Shown here: positions 20,857 to 30,557 of the stretch, piece by piece | Position numbering within the stretch: position 1 is the first letter of the stretch | How the letters are laid out: every line of letters begins with the position of its first letter | Source of the DNA: an uncultured bacterium | GTDB taxonomy: Bacteria; Babelota; Babeliae; Babelales; Vermiphilaceae | Length of the DNA: 64,000 nucleotides | Assembly: GCA_963701085.1 (NCBI GenBank) | Contig: OY969561.1 | Coordinates: forward strand, 896,001 to 960,000 | Direction of reading: 5' to 3' | Translations under genes and position numbers: made by a program | Notes under the pieces: generated by a model | What the model was told of the DNA's origin: nothing | Seen by the model: the letters and a program-made list of their open reading frames with translations, nothing else | Database searches by the model: none

Positions 20857-21931
20857 TCAGCCCATCTTATAACAATTGCGCTCATTACGCATACGATCAT
20901 TGCGATTGCGCAATTTTTCTAGTTCTACTCGATTACACTTTTCCAGAATTCTATTCTGTTCACGCATCGCCCAAACTCGCTCACGCTCTGCACACGCTTG
21001 CGCTTCAAGAGCCTGCAATTGCAAACGTTGCAAGCGAGCCTGTTCCCATTCATACAATTCTCCTGATTACGAGGATCGTTCACGATGATGTTTATTTCAA
21101 CAACTTCGTGTAGTAAGTCATTAACATACTGTCTCTTTGCAGGATAATTATATGCTAGGGAACGAATATATTTAAGGTTAGCTATATCAGATTCAATCTT
21201 AATAACAAATGTACACAATGCATATTGCCCACCATCGTTATTTACAACGCACGTTTCAGTTCTGATGATACTGAATAACGATTAGATTCAAGAATAGTAA
21301 GTTCTTCAAAATATCTGTTGCGCAACTTATCTACCATATAGTACAAATTAGAATAGCTTCTGTGGTGCTCAAGGCAATCAGCAAAACATGTCACATCTGC
21401 CAAAAGATCATTAGCTGCCGATAACAACTGACGCATTCTCGCCAATCTGCACAGATCTTCATACTTACAATTTTTTCTTTCAAGGGCATTAATACGCTTA
21501 CGCAATCCCTGAACAGATGTTTTTAATTGATTCTTTGCCGCAATAACACCTGAACGATACGCATGCTGGGTAACATTGCTATTCCATACACAGGTAGCAA
21601 ATTCATGTAATACTGATTCAGAGATAACACTTGGTTGATACGCATGAGAAGTCATACCTGAAATAAGCCCAAAGTAGTCCATTGTACCTTTATACTGAGT
21701 ATGAATAGCACTATACTCACCATTAATACGCGTAATCATCTGATCATCAGTTTCTGAAAAACACCAGTCTGCTACCGCAACAGCTCCTGCAACACCAAGT
21801 ATTGCTGCTCCTACTGCACATGCTCCTGCTATAAAACCATCATTATTTCCCGCATTACTCATACTACTGCTGCAAGCAAGTGACACCGCCAAAAGACCTT
21901 CCATTGCTCTATTGTTTCGCTTTTTCATCAT
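20857..21931 (-). CDS. Hypothetical exported protein, frameshifted into three ORF pieces
   Basis: Near-contiguous minus-strand ORFs 21242-21931, 20925-21218, 20857-21057; signal plus hydrophobic segment. Confidence 0.5.
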
Positions 21932-22142
21932 AGTTCCCTTCATGTTACACGACGTTACACGATGATTTATACTTAATATCACTGTAACACAGATACTATG
22001 GGGTGTAAAAAGCCCTCTTTTTTGCAATGACAAATAGAAAAAAACATAGTTTTTGCTACGTTTAAAGTTTATCCCTAAATTCAAATAAAACCATCGGCAA
22101 GCAATATCACCCTCACCGCCTATTTTTTTATTTAAACATTAT

Positions 22143-22172
22143 TGACAAATTGAATCAGAATTAGATATTATT
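22143..22172 (+). promoter_or_regulatory. Sigma70-like promoter, repeated before most array genes
   Basis: TTGACA-N18-TATTAT (variants TATTGT/TAGTAT); copies near 22753, 25078, 25662, 26557 and on minus strand near 43250. Confidence 0.7.
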
Positions 22173-22218
22173 GTAAGTGATAATTGTATTAATGTTTTTC
22201 AAAAAAAAGGAGTTTCTC

Positions 22219-22563
22219 GTGAAAAACACAAAAAAATATCTTAGCACAGGCGTAGCCCTGGCGATCACACTGTTTGCAGCAGTTCAAACAATTGCAATGG
22301 AACGACCAGTAAATCCTTATCTGAGTGAACAAGCTAAACAATTGATAAAAAGCAGGATCGAGTTTTTCTCATCTGCAGCTGAAGACCAGTTTGATCCAAA
22401 ATCTCAGTATTTTGAAGACAATCCGTCTAAAAGAGCAGTTACAGCGGCAATAATTAATGCATATAAAGACATGTATTATGGAAATAAACCTTATACTGAC
22501 GATGAAATAGAAGAAACAATGTCAAATACACGCAGGGCTACACTAGCTAAATTCAACCAGTAA
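22219..22563 (+). CDS. Small secreted array protein, copy 1
   Basis: AAGGAG RBS, GTG start, leader KNTKKYLSTGVALAI..FAAVQ..AM, VNPYL, YYGNKPYT. Confidence 0.88.
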   Translation: MKNTKKYLSTGVALAITLFAAVQTIAMERPVNPYLSEQAKQLIKSRIEFFSSAAEDQFDPKSQYFEDNPSKRAVTAAIINAYKDMYYGNKPYTDDEIEETMSNTRRATLAKFNQ

Positions 22564-22830
22564 AAATTCTTAAAATAACACAAAAATAGCGCTTACTTAC
22601 TTTCAGTAGGCGCTCATTTTTATGCGCTCACTTCTGCCGCAGACAGGGCAATAATTATCTATTTTTTAAGAAAAATCAGCATATCCCTAAATTCCAATAA
22701 AACCATCGGCAAGCAATATCAGCCCACTCACCTATTTTTTATTTAAAGATTATTGACAAACTGAATCATAATTAGATATTATTATAAGTGATAGTTATAG
22801 TATTATTCTCAAAAAAAAGGAGTGTGTTTC

Positions 22831-23166
22831 ATGAAAAGCACAAAAAAATATCTTAGCACAGGCGTAGCCCTGGCAATTGCATTATTTGCAGCAGTTCAAG
22901 TATCTGCAATGGAACGTCGAACAGTAAATCCTTATTTGAGCCCAGGAATCAAAAAAATGGTAGAAGACCAGATCACAACTCGTCAACGATATCTTGATCC
23001 AAAGTATAAACGCTATAGTGAACTAAGTGAGCTACAAAAAAGGGATATTCAAGCACTGATTGAAGGATACGAAGAAGTGCTTTATGGAAATAAGGATTAT
23101 AGTTTTAATGAAGTCTATAATATTGCTAATGGACATTTAGAACGTGCAAAAAGAGAAAATCAATAA
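22831..23166 (+). CDS. Small secreted array protein, copy 2
   Basis: Same leader and anchor motifs. Confidence 0.88.
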   Translation: MKSTKKYLSTGVALAIALFAAVQVSAMERRTVNPYLSPGIKKMVEDQITTRQRYLDPKYKRYSELSELQKRDIQALIEGYEEVLYGNKDYSFNEVYNIANGHLERAKRENQ

Positions 23167-23248
23167 CCAAAAATAGCACACATGACGGGCGCCTACTCAC
23201 TTAGAGTGATAATTATATTAATGTTTTTCAAAAAAAAAGGAGTTTCTC

Positions 23249-23599
23249 ATGAAAAACACAAAAAAATATCTTAGTTTTAGCACAGGCGTAGCCCTGGCAA
23301 TCGCATTATTTGCAGCAGTTCAAGTATCTGCAATGGCCCCCCAAGTAAATCCTTATCTGAATTTACACACCAAAATAATGATAGAAGATGAGATCGAAAG
23401 GCTTCAAGAACTCCTTGATCCAAGGGGTCTACGTTCTAAGAGAATGGGTGGGATTAGTGAGCTAGATAAAAAGACATTCCAAGCAGAGATTAAAGGATGG
23501 GAAGAAGTGCTTTATGGAGATAATAATTATACTTGGCAGCAAATACAGGATATTATTCAGAGACATGTAGACCGTGCGACAAGAGAAGTGCGACAATAA
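23249..23599 (+). CDS. Small secreted array protein, copy 3
   Basis: Same leader (2-aa insertion) and anchor motifs. Confidence 0.88.
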   Translation: MKNTKKYLSFSTGVALAIALFAAVQVSAMAPQVNPYLNLHTKIMIEDEIERLQELLDPRGLRSKRMGGISELDKKTFQAEIKGWEEVLYGDNNYTWQQIQDIIQRHVDRATREVRQ

Positions 23600-23710
23600 A
23601 ATAGCACACATGACGGGCGCCTACTCGCTTAGTAGGCGCTCATTTTTATAAGCTCATTTCTGCCGCAAACATGGCAAAAAAGCCCTTTTATGGCAGGGCC
23701 TAGATATTGA

Positions 23711-24895
23711 TTAATTTTTTTCCAATTTTTTAATAAGATATCCCGCAGATTTCCATCCTAAAACAGTCGCCTGGGGCCAATTTTGATTTTCTATACCACC
23801 ATAAATAACATAATGTTCTTTTGTTGGTAATTGTGTCAATTCTTGCCATTGATCAAACGCTTTAAAAAAATCAGTTGCCACCGTTTTGCCAGCCTTAATT
23901 TCAACAGGGACGGGATACGTTTGATCAAGAATACAATCAATTTCATTACCAGTATGATCACGCCAAAAATAGATATTTGGCTGTTGTTCTAAATTAAATC
24001 GCTGCTTACGCAAATCAGAAATGATAAATGATTCTATCAAACCACCTCGCAAATAATGATTATCCAGATCTTGTTCTGATTTAATATTCAGCAATGAGCA
24101 AGCAAGACCAGTATCAACAAAATAAATTTTGGGCGATTTAATAAGACGTTTACCAAAGTTTTGATAGTAGGGATATAAAGAAAAAATAATATAACTTGCT
24201 TCTAGCACAGAAAGCCATGCTTTTACCGTGCTGTGATTAACACCACAATCATTACCAAGTGATTCTAAATTAACAACCTGACCAATGCGTCCTGCACAAA
24301 GACGAATAAAGCGTTGAAATGTTTCTAAATCAGTAATCTGCCGCATCTGACGAACATCACGTTCAACATAAGTAAGGATGTAGTTGCTATAAAGGCGCGA
24401 TGGAATACTATCTTCAGCATACACTTGCGGATAGGCGCCTTTCCAAACCGCTGTTTCAATTTTATCGGGTAATAAATTCGCAAAATCAAGTTCACTTACT
24501 GATAAAGGAAGTAAGGTCAAAATAGCAATCCTTCCCGCCAGTGTTTGACTAATAGCTTCATGCACCAAGATATTTTGGGAACCGGTAACCACAAAGAAAC
24601 CTTTTTTCTTTTCTCTATCAACAATAGTTTGCATGTAGGAAAGTAGCTGTGGAGCATTTTGAATTTCATCCAAAATAATCCCAGAACTGCTCGGATATTC
24701 AGCAAGAAACTTCCGGGGATCAGCAAGAGCAAGCTCTCTCAAATCAAAATCTTCCAAAGATATATATTTGTGATCAGGAAAGGCCATTTGAACGAGAGTT
24801 GTTTTGCCAGATTGCCGAGGACCTAGCACTGCAATTACCGGATATTCAGTCGCCGCATCGAGCATTTGAACTTCAATTTCACGCTTTATAAGCAT
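23711..24895 (-). CDS. AAA_14 ATPase with DUF4143 domain
   Basis: GPRQSGKTT, LDEIQ, TGS, LAGR, KSPKIYFVDTGL, EID...PVEIK. Confidence 0.93.
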   Translation of the reverse strand: MLIKREIEVQMLDAATEYPVIAVLGPRQSGKTTLVQMAFPDHKYISLEDFDLRELALADPRKFLAEYPSSSGIILDEIQNAPQLLSYMQTIVDREKKKGFFVVTGSQNILVHEAISQTLAGRIAILTLLPLSVSELDFANLLPDKIETAVWKGAYPQVYAEDSIPSRLYSNYILTYVERDVRQMRQITDLETFQRFIRLCAGRIGQVVNLESLGNDCGVNHSTVKAWLSVLEASYIIFSLYPYYQNFGKRLIKSPKIYFVDTGLACSLLNIKSEQDLDNHYLRGGLIESFIISDLRKQRFNLEQQPNIYFWRDHTGNEIDCILDQTYPVPVEIKAGKTVATDFFKAFDQWQELTQLPTKEHYVIYGGIENQNWPQATVLGWKSAGYLIKKLEKN

Positions 24896-25155
24896 CTTTC
24901 TTACCCCTTATAGAAAATTGCGAATTCAATTATCAATTTTCTTATTATTATAAGATACCGTGGTAAAAAGAGCAATAATTACCTATTTTTAAGAAAAATC
25001 AGCATATCCCTAAATTCCAATAAAGTGATCTGCAAGCAATATCACTTCCCCTTGCCTATTTTTTTATTTAAACATTATTGACAAATTGAATCACAATTAG
25101 ATATTGTTATAAGTGATAGTTATAGTATTATTCTCAAAAAAGAGGAGCATATTTC

Positions 25156-25488
25156 ATGAAAAACACAAAAAAATATCTTAGCACAGGCGTAGCCCTGGCA
25201 ATCGCATTATTTGCAGCAGTTCAAATATCTGCAATGGCCCCAAAAGTAAATCCTTATCTGAGTCCAGAACAAAAAACAGTGATAGAATCCAATATCAAAC
25301 ATCTACAAGATGAACTTAATCCAAAATCTAATTTTTTTAAGCAATATTTTGAGTCACAGAGAGCACTAGCACGAGCAATGATTAAAGGATTTGAAGAAGT
25401 ATACTACGGAAATCAACCTTATACTTATCAGCAAATTCAAGATACTGTTAGTGAATATCATGACCGTGCATTAGCTGCATTAAAATAG
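25156..25488 (+). CDS. Small secreted array protein, copy 4
   Basis: Same leader and anchor motifs. Confidence 0.88.
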   Translation: MKNTKKYLSTGVALAIALFAAVQISAMAPKVNPYLSPEQKTVIESNIKHLQDELNPKSNFFKQYFESQRALARAMIKGFEEVYYGNQPYTYQQIQDTVSEYHDRALAALK

Positions 25489-25739
25489 CACATATGACAA
25501 GCGCCTACTCGCTTGGTAGGCGCTCATTTTTATAAGCTCATTTCTGCCGCAAACGGGGCAATAATTACCTTTTTTTAAGAAAAATCAGCCTATTCCTAAA
25601 TTCCAATAAAACCATCGGCAAGCAATATCACCCTCACCGCCTATTTTTTATTTAAACATTATTGACAAATTGAATCATAATTAGATAGTATTGTAAGTGA
25701 TAATTATAGTATTATTCTCAAAAAAAAGAGGAGCGTGTT

Positions 25740-26087
25740 ATGAAAAGCACAAAAAAATATCTTAGCACAGGCGTAGCCCTGGCAATCGCGTTATTTGCAG
25801 CAGTTCAAACAATTGCAATGGAATCGGGTCGAAAAGTGAATCCTTATCTGAGCCCAGAAATTAAACAAAGGGCAGAACGTGCGATCAAATCTTATGAAAG
25901 GATGATTGATCCAAAGAATAAAGTTTATGATGAGCCATTCAAAAAAATGCTCAGACAAGAGCTTAAAGTATATGAAGATGTGCTTTATGGAAATAAATAT
26001 TATACTTGGCAGGAATACCATGATACTGTCCGGAGACATCAAGAACGTATAGGGGAAGAGAACCCTGCAATAAGGGAAAATCAATAA
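25740..26087 (+). CDS. Small secreted array protein, copy 5
   Basis: Same leader and anchor motifs. Confidence 0.88.
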   Translation: MKSTKKYLSTGVALAIALFAAVQTIAMESGRKVNPYLSPEIKQRAERAIKSYERMIDPKNKVYDEPFKKMLRQELKVYEDVLYGNKYYTWQEYHDTVRRHQERIGEENPAIRENQ

Positions 26088-26134
26088 ACAACGATAGCAC
26101 ATATGACGGGCACCTAATAAAAGGAATATTTTGT

Positions 26135-26476
26135 ATGAAAAGCACAAAAAAATATCTTAGCACAAGCGTAGTCCTGGCAATCGCGTTATTTGCAGCAATT
26201 CAAATAACTGCAATGGAACCGGGTCGAAAAGTAAATCCTCATCTGAGCAAAACACAGAAAGACATGCTAGAATACGAGATCCAAAAAGCTGAAGGATTTC
26301 TTGATCCAAAGTCCGAATCTGTTATGAGAGGATCTGGACTATTCATAAGCCAACAACAAGCAAAGGTTGAAGGACTTAAAGAAATATACTACGGAAATAA
26401 ACCTTATACTGACCAGCAAATTGAAGATACTCTTTGGAATCATAAGCGCCGTGCAATGCTACAGGGAAACTCTTAA
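26135..26476 (+). CDS. Small secreted array protein, copy 6
   Basis: Same leader and anchor motifs. Confidence 0.88.
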   Translation: MKSTKKYLSTSVVLAIALFAAIQITAMEPGRKVNPHLSKTQKDMLEYEIQKAEGFLDPKSESVMRGSGLFISQQQAKVEGLKEIYYGNKPYTDQQIEDTLWNHKRRAMLQGNS

Positions 26477-26635
26477 AAATCAGCATATCCCTAAATTCCA
26501 ATAAGACAATCTGCAAGAAATATCACGCTACCCCATGTTTTTTCATTTAAATATCATTGACAAATTGAATCATAATTAGATAGTATTGTAAGTGATAATT
26601 ATAGTATTATTCTCAAAAAAAGAGGAGCGTGTTTC

Positions 26636-26953
26636 ATGAAAAACACAAAAAAATATCTTAGCACAGGCGTAGCCCTGGCAATCGCATTATTTGCAGCAGT
26701 TCAATTAACTGCAATGGCCCCAAGAGTAAATCCTTATCTGAGCGAAAGAGCGAAGCAATCGATAAAAGACCGTATCGAATATATACAAGAACTGCTTAAT
26801 CCAAAGTCTAAAGCAGATGAGCGACTCAGAAACAGTTACAAAGCACATCTTAAAGGATATGAAGAAGTATACTACGGGAATCAACCTTATAGTCTAGATG
26901 AACTTGAGGATATTATTCAGAGATACAAAGCTAAAGAAGGCTATCAACAATAA
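26636..26953 (+). CDS. Small secreted array protein, copy 7
   Basis: Same leader and anchor motifs. Confidence 0.88.
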   Translation: MKNTKKYLSTGVALAIALFAAVQLTAMAPRVNPYLSERAKQSIKDRIEYIQELLNPKSKADERLRNSYKAHLKGYEEVYYGNQPYSLDELEDIIQRYKAKEGYQQ

Positions 26954-26969
26954 AATAGCACATATGACG

Positions 26970-27002
26970 GGCGCCTACTGACTATAGTAGGCGCTCATTT
27001 TT
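26970..27002 (+). terminator. Intrinsic terminator of array unit (copies at ~22588, 23617, 25501, 42775)
   Basis: GCGCCTACT-loop-AGTAGGCGC followed by T tract. Confidence 0.8.
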
Positions 27003-27015
27003 ATAGGATCACTTC

Positions 27016-27171
27016 TGCCGCATAAACGTTGGTATATCAAGATCTTTAGAATCTACTGCGCACTCCTCCTTCGCATAAAGCTTCGGAGGACACGGCCAAA
27101 CGTTAGAGGTATCTATTCTATTTTTGCCGCATAAACGTTGGTATATCAAGATCTTTAGAATCTACTGCGCA
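27016..27171. repeat. Exact 47-bp direct repeat of the ftsZ 3' end flanking a palindrome
   Basis: 27016-27062 is identical to 27125-27171. Confidence 0.95.
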
Positions 27172-28368
27172 ACCAAATGTATTATCAGCCTGTTCAAAAA
27201 AATCCGCATGACTCTTTTTCATAAAATCATGCGTTTCTTCTGCCACCGCCTCAACTTCTGTTTGCAATGGTAATGGCTGCACAACCGGTTCCTGCTCTTG
27301 TATCACTGTCGCTACCATACAAACATGCGCAACGTCTTCTTGGTGCTGGATAACAGGCGCTTCTTCTTTTGCTTCTTGTACCTGTTGCGCCACTGGACGT
27401 TCAAAATCAGTTGCAATAATTGTAACAATAACCTCATCTTTAAGATTATCATCAATGACTGAACCGATAATAATATTGGCATCTTCATGCGCTTGTTCAT
27501 ACACCACTGATGCAGCTTCACTAATTTCATGCAGCCCAAGATCTTTGCCACCGGTAATGTTACACAACACACCATGAGCACCAACGACCGACATGTTTTC
27601 TAGCAACGGTGATGATATTGCTTGCAATGCTGCTGCACGTGCACGGCCAACACCTGATGCTTTTCCGGTACCCATTACCGCAAGACCACGATCTTTCATA
27701 ATGGCGCGAATATCAGCATAATCAACATTAATATGCCCTGGTCGCGTGATAATATCAGAAAGTCCACGAACTGACTGACTCAAAACTCCTTCATTGATCA
27801 TTGCAAATGCATCAATCATAGAAACATGTTCATCAACAACCTCGAGTAATTTTTGATTTGGTACAATAATCAATGTATCAACATCTGTTTTAAGTTTTTC
27901 AATGGCTGCATCTGCTACTTGCGAGCGACGTTTACCTTCAAATAAAAATGGTCGTGTAACAATTGCTATGGATAAAATACCTTTTTCACGCAATGCACGT
28001 GCAATTACTGGTAATCCTCCAGAACCTGTTCCACCACCCATACCACCAACAATAAAAACTATGTCTGCTCCACTGATAGCATCCATAACTTTGTCTAAAT
28101 CTTCTTCAGCAGCACGTTTTCCAATTTCTGGATTCGCCCCCGCCCCTAACCCTTTTGTTGACTTAACACCAATCTGGATCTTATGCTGCGCCTTTGAGAA
28201 TTCCAATGCTTGTGCATCTGTGTTTGCAACAACAAACCCAATTCCCTGACATCCTGATTCTATGATGCTGTTAACAGCGTTTCCCCCTGCACCACCAACA
28301 CCAATTACCTTGATTGATACCATCGACTTTTGACGCTGTAATGCTTCTTGTTCAAAATCTATCATCAT
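27118..28368 (-). CDS. ftsZ: Cell division protein FtsZ
   Basis: GVGGAGGNAVN, GGGTGSG, C-terminal DLDIPTFMR. Confidence 0.98.
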   Translation of the reverse strand: MMIDFEQEALQRQKSMVSIKVIGVGGAGGNAVNSIIESGCQGIGFVVANTDAQALEFSKAQHKIQIGVKSTKGLGAGANPEIGKRAAEEDLDKVMDAISGADIVFIVGGMGGGTGSGGLPVIARALREKGILSIAIVTRPFLFEGKRRSQVADAAIEKLKTDVDTLIIVPNQKLLEVVDEHVSMIDAFAMINEGVLSQSVRGLSDIITRPGHINVDYADIRAIMKDRGLAVMGTGKASGVGRARAAALQAISSPLLENMSVVGAHGVLCNITGGKDLGLHEISEAASVVYEQAHEDANIIIGSVIDDNLKDEVIVTIIATDFERPVAQQVQEAKEEAPVIQHQEDVAHVCMVATVIQEQEPVVQPLPLQTEVEAVAEETHDFMKKSHADFFEQADNTFGCAVDSKDLDIPTFMRQK

Positions 28369-28486
28369 TTTCTCCTTTTTTTATGATCCTACGTTTCTAA
28401 AAAAATCTGATTTAAAAAAAGTCGGTTACCATGATTTTAACCCCATGTTCCACTCTGTTTCACACGGGGACCCCATTTAAGATTAC

Positions 28487-29719
28487 TTAAAAAAAGTCGG
28501 CTACCCATGATTTCATTCGTTCAAAAACACGTCGCGTCAATGGTTCATCATTAAGATGCATTTTTATCTTTTTTTCATTCTGTAAGACATGTACTAACAA
28601 TCCATACCCTGTTGCATACAAAGGACTTTGTAATGTTTCAACCAAATCAAAGAGCACACGTGGCTTACCAATACGCACCGGACAATCAAAAATTTCTTCT
28701 GCCAATTCTCGCGCACCGGTGAGTAATGAACCACCACCCGTCAACACAATCCCATTCGTCATAAATTGTTGCAAATGATTTTTGTGTATATCTTCATTAA
28801 CTAAAACAAACAGTTCTCTCATGCGTGATTCAATAATAAGAACAAGGTCTGATAGTCGCACCACTTGCAAATCTTGCCCTTGCATCATTTCAACTTCAAC
28901 AAGTTCTTCCGTTTCAACCAGACTACTGATTGCAAACCCGTAACGTTTTTTTATTCTTTCTGCTTCACTCTTCATAATCCGCAATCCAATCGCTATATCA
29001 TTGGTTACATGATTACCTGCTACCGGCAAGACCATGGTATGCCGCACGGAGCCATTTTTATAAAACGCTACATCTGATGTGCCACCACCAATATCAATCA
29101 CACCAACACCCAATTCCCGCTCATCTTCACTTAAAACGGCATCGGCTGATGCAAGCTGTTCTAATATAATATCATTAACGCTTACGCCAGCACTTTGACA
29201 ACAATTTAATAAATTTTGCACAGATGAGACCGATCCCATAATAATATGAGCCTGAACTTCAAGACGAACTCCATGCATCCCAATAGGATCTTGCACACGA
29301 TCGGTACCATTAATAATAAAATATTGCGATAAAATATGTAAAATTTGACGTCCCTCAGGAATGGCAATCGCTTTTGCCGCTTCAAGTACCATATCAACAT
29401 CAGACTGTCTAATTTGACCATGTTTAATGGGTACCACACCACTTGAATTAACCGCGCTGATATGCCCACCAGAAATACCAATGTACGCCGATTCTATGGG
29501 CATACCTGCCATCATCTCAGCCTCTTTTACCGCAAGGCTGATTGAATTAATAGTTTTTGCAACATCAACAACAACTCCCTTTTGCAAACCATGCGATGGA
29601 GATTTACCGATACCAATAATTTCCAGTTGATCACCAATTTTTCGTGCTATCAAAACACAAATTTTTGTTGTGCCAACATCGATTGATGCAATAATCTGAT
29701 CCTTAATAAGTCGTGCCAT
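28487..29719 (-). CDS. ftsA: Cell division protein FtsA
   Basis: DVGTTKI, DIGGGTSD, LTGGGSLL, C-terminal amphipathic helix. Confidence 0.97.
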   Translation of the reverse strand: MARLIKDQIIASIDVGTTKICVLIARKIGDQLEIIGIGKSPSHGLQKGVVVDVAKTINSISLAVKEAEMMAGMPIESAYIGISGGHISAVNSSGVVPIKHGQIRQSDVDMVLEAAKAIAIPEGRQILHILSQYFIINGTDRVQDPIGMHGVRLEVQAHIIMGSVSSVQNLLNCCQSAGVSVNDIILEQLASADAVLSEDERELGVGVIDIGGGTSDVAFYKNGSVRHTMVLPVAGNHVTNDIAIGLRIMKSEAERIKKRYGFAISSLVETEELVEVEMMQGQDLQVVRLSDLVLIIESRMRELFVLVNEDIHKNHLQQFMTNGIVLTGGGSLLTGARELAEEIFDCPVRIGKPRVLFDLVETLQSPLYATGYGLLVHVLQNEKKIKMHLNDEPLTRRVFERMKSWVADFF

Positions 29720-29733
29720 AACATCCCCCTTTT

Positions 29734-30438
29734 TTAGGCCTTATAAGCAACAATATAATGCGCAAAACGTGTATCCGCGATCCATTTTACTCCTTTATCA
29801 AATGCACCTCGCGCATCAATGGTCTGTTTAACTGATTCACATTTCGCTAAAAGTTGTGGTGATTTTTCTTGCGCAAGAAAAGAGACAATAGTAAAATTCG
29901 GCTGTTCTTTATCAACAAAATGGACACAATGCTCATTAATAAGTTCAAGATTATATCGCTCATGGACTCCCTGCGGTGCCCCCTGCAATAAAGACCCCAC
30001 TTCGCTCTTACGAGCTTGCAAAGGCAAGCAACTCACAGCAATGTTAGGAATATCTACAATTGCTTCTGCTGAAAAGATATTTTTTGGAAAAAATTCATGT
30101 GCATCAGTAAGAATGGTAGAATTATTCACGGAGCATACTGGCTCATAAGCCGATATCATAACATGAGTAACTGAAGGACGATAAGAGAGTACTACCTTTT
30201 TGAGTACAGGAAACTGTTTTTTTAAATGATCAATTATAAGATGAGCCGCACAGTTTTCATTGAGCAGACCCGCCAATGCCGTATTAATCAATGCACAATA
30301 ATCGTCAGACAAAGATTCATCATGGATGCATGTATACGCTTTAACAGAGAAAAAGGGGGCTGAATTTTTCCTCAGCCCAATAAAGATCAATAATGATAAT
30401 GGAACTATGCCCGCAACCAAGAGTAAACTTTTTTTCAT
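29734..30438 (-). CDS. Divergent FtsQ/DivIB-like protein
   Basis: N-terminal TM, position upstream of ftsA, C-terminal DTRF. Confidence 0.55.
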   Translation of the reverse strand: MKKSLLLVAGIVPLSLLIFIGLRKNSAPFFSVKAYTCIHDESLSDDYCALINTALAGLLNENCAAHLIIDHLKKQFPVLKKVVLSYRPSVTHVMISAYEPVCSVNNSTILTDAHEFFPKNIFSAEAIVDIPNIAVSCLPLQARKSEVGSLLQGAPQGVHERYNLELINEHCVHFVDKEQPNFTIVSFLAQEKSPQLLAKCESVKQTIDARGAFDKGVKWIADTRFAHYIVAYKA

Positions 30439-30557
30439 TGCACACTCCCCCTTTTCTTTCTCTTCTTACTCTTTTGAAGGGGAATTAGTCAATGATAGAG
30501 ATTATTTTTATCTGTGCGCTTAATCCTTCAACAAGTTCAGGATGAGCGCCGCAGAAT

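Larger units (their letters stand above)
22070..27062 (+). repeat. Tandem array of promoter-ORF-terminator units
   Basis: Repeated ~150-200 bp upstream block (TATCCCTAAATT...TTGACAAATTGAATCA...), conserved leader, conserved GCGCCTACT hairpin. Confidence 0.92.

Noticed and set aside
22070-27002. Array as CRISPR, integron or DGR
   Set aside because: Units are whole paralogous genes with their own promoters; no short repeat-spacer periodicity, no clear attC sites, no integrase or reverse transcriptase in the window, and variation is not adenine-specific
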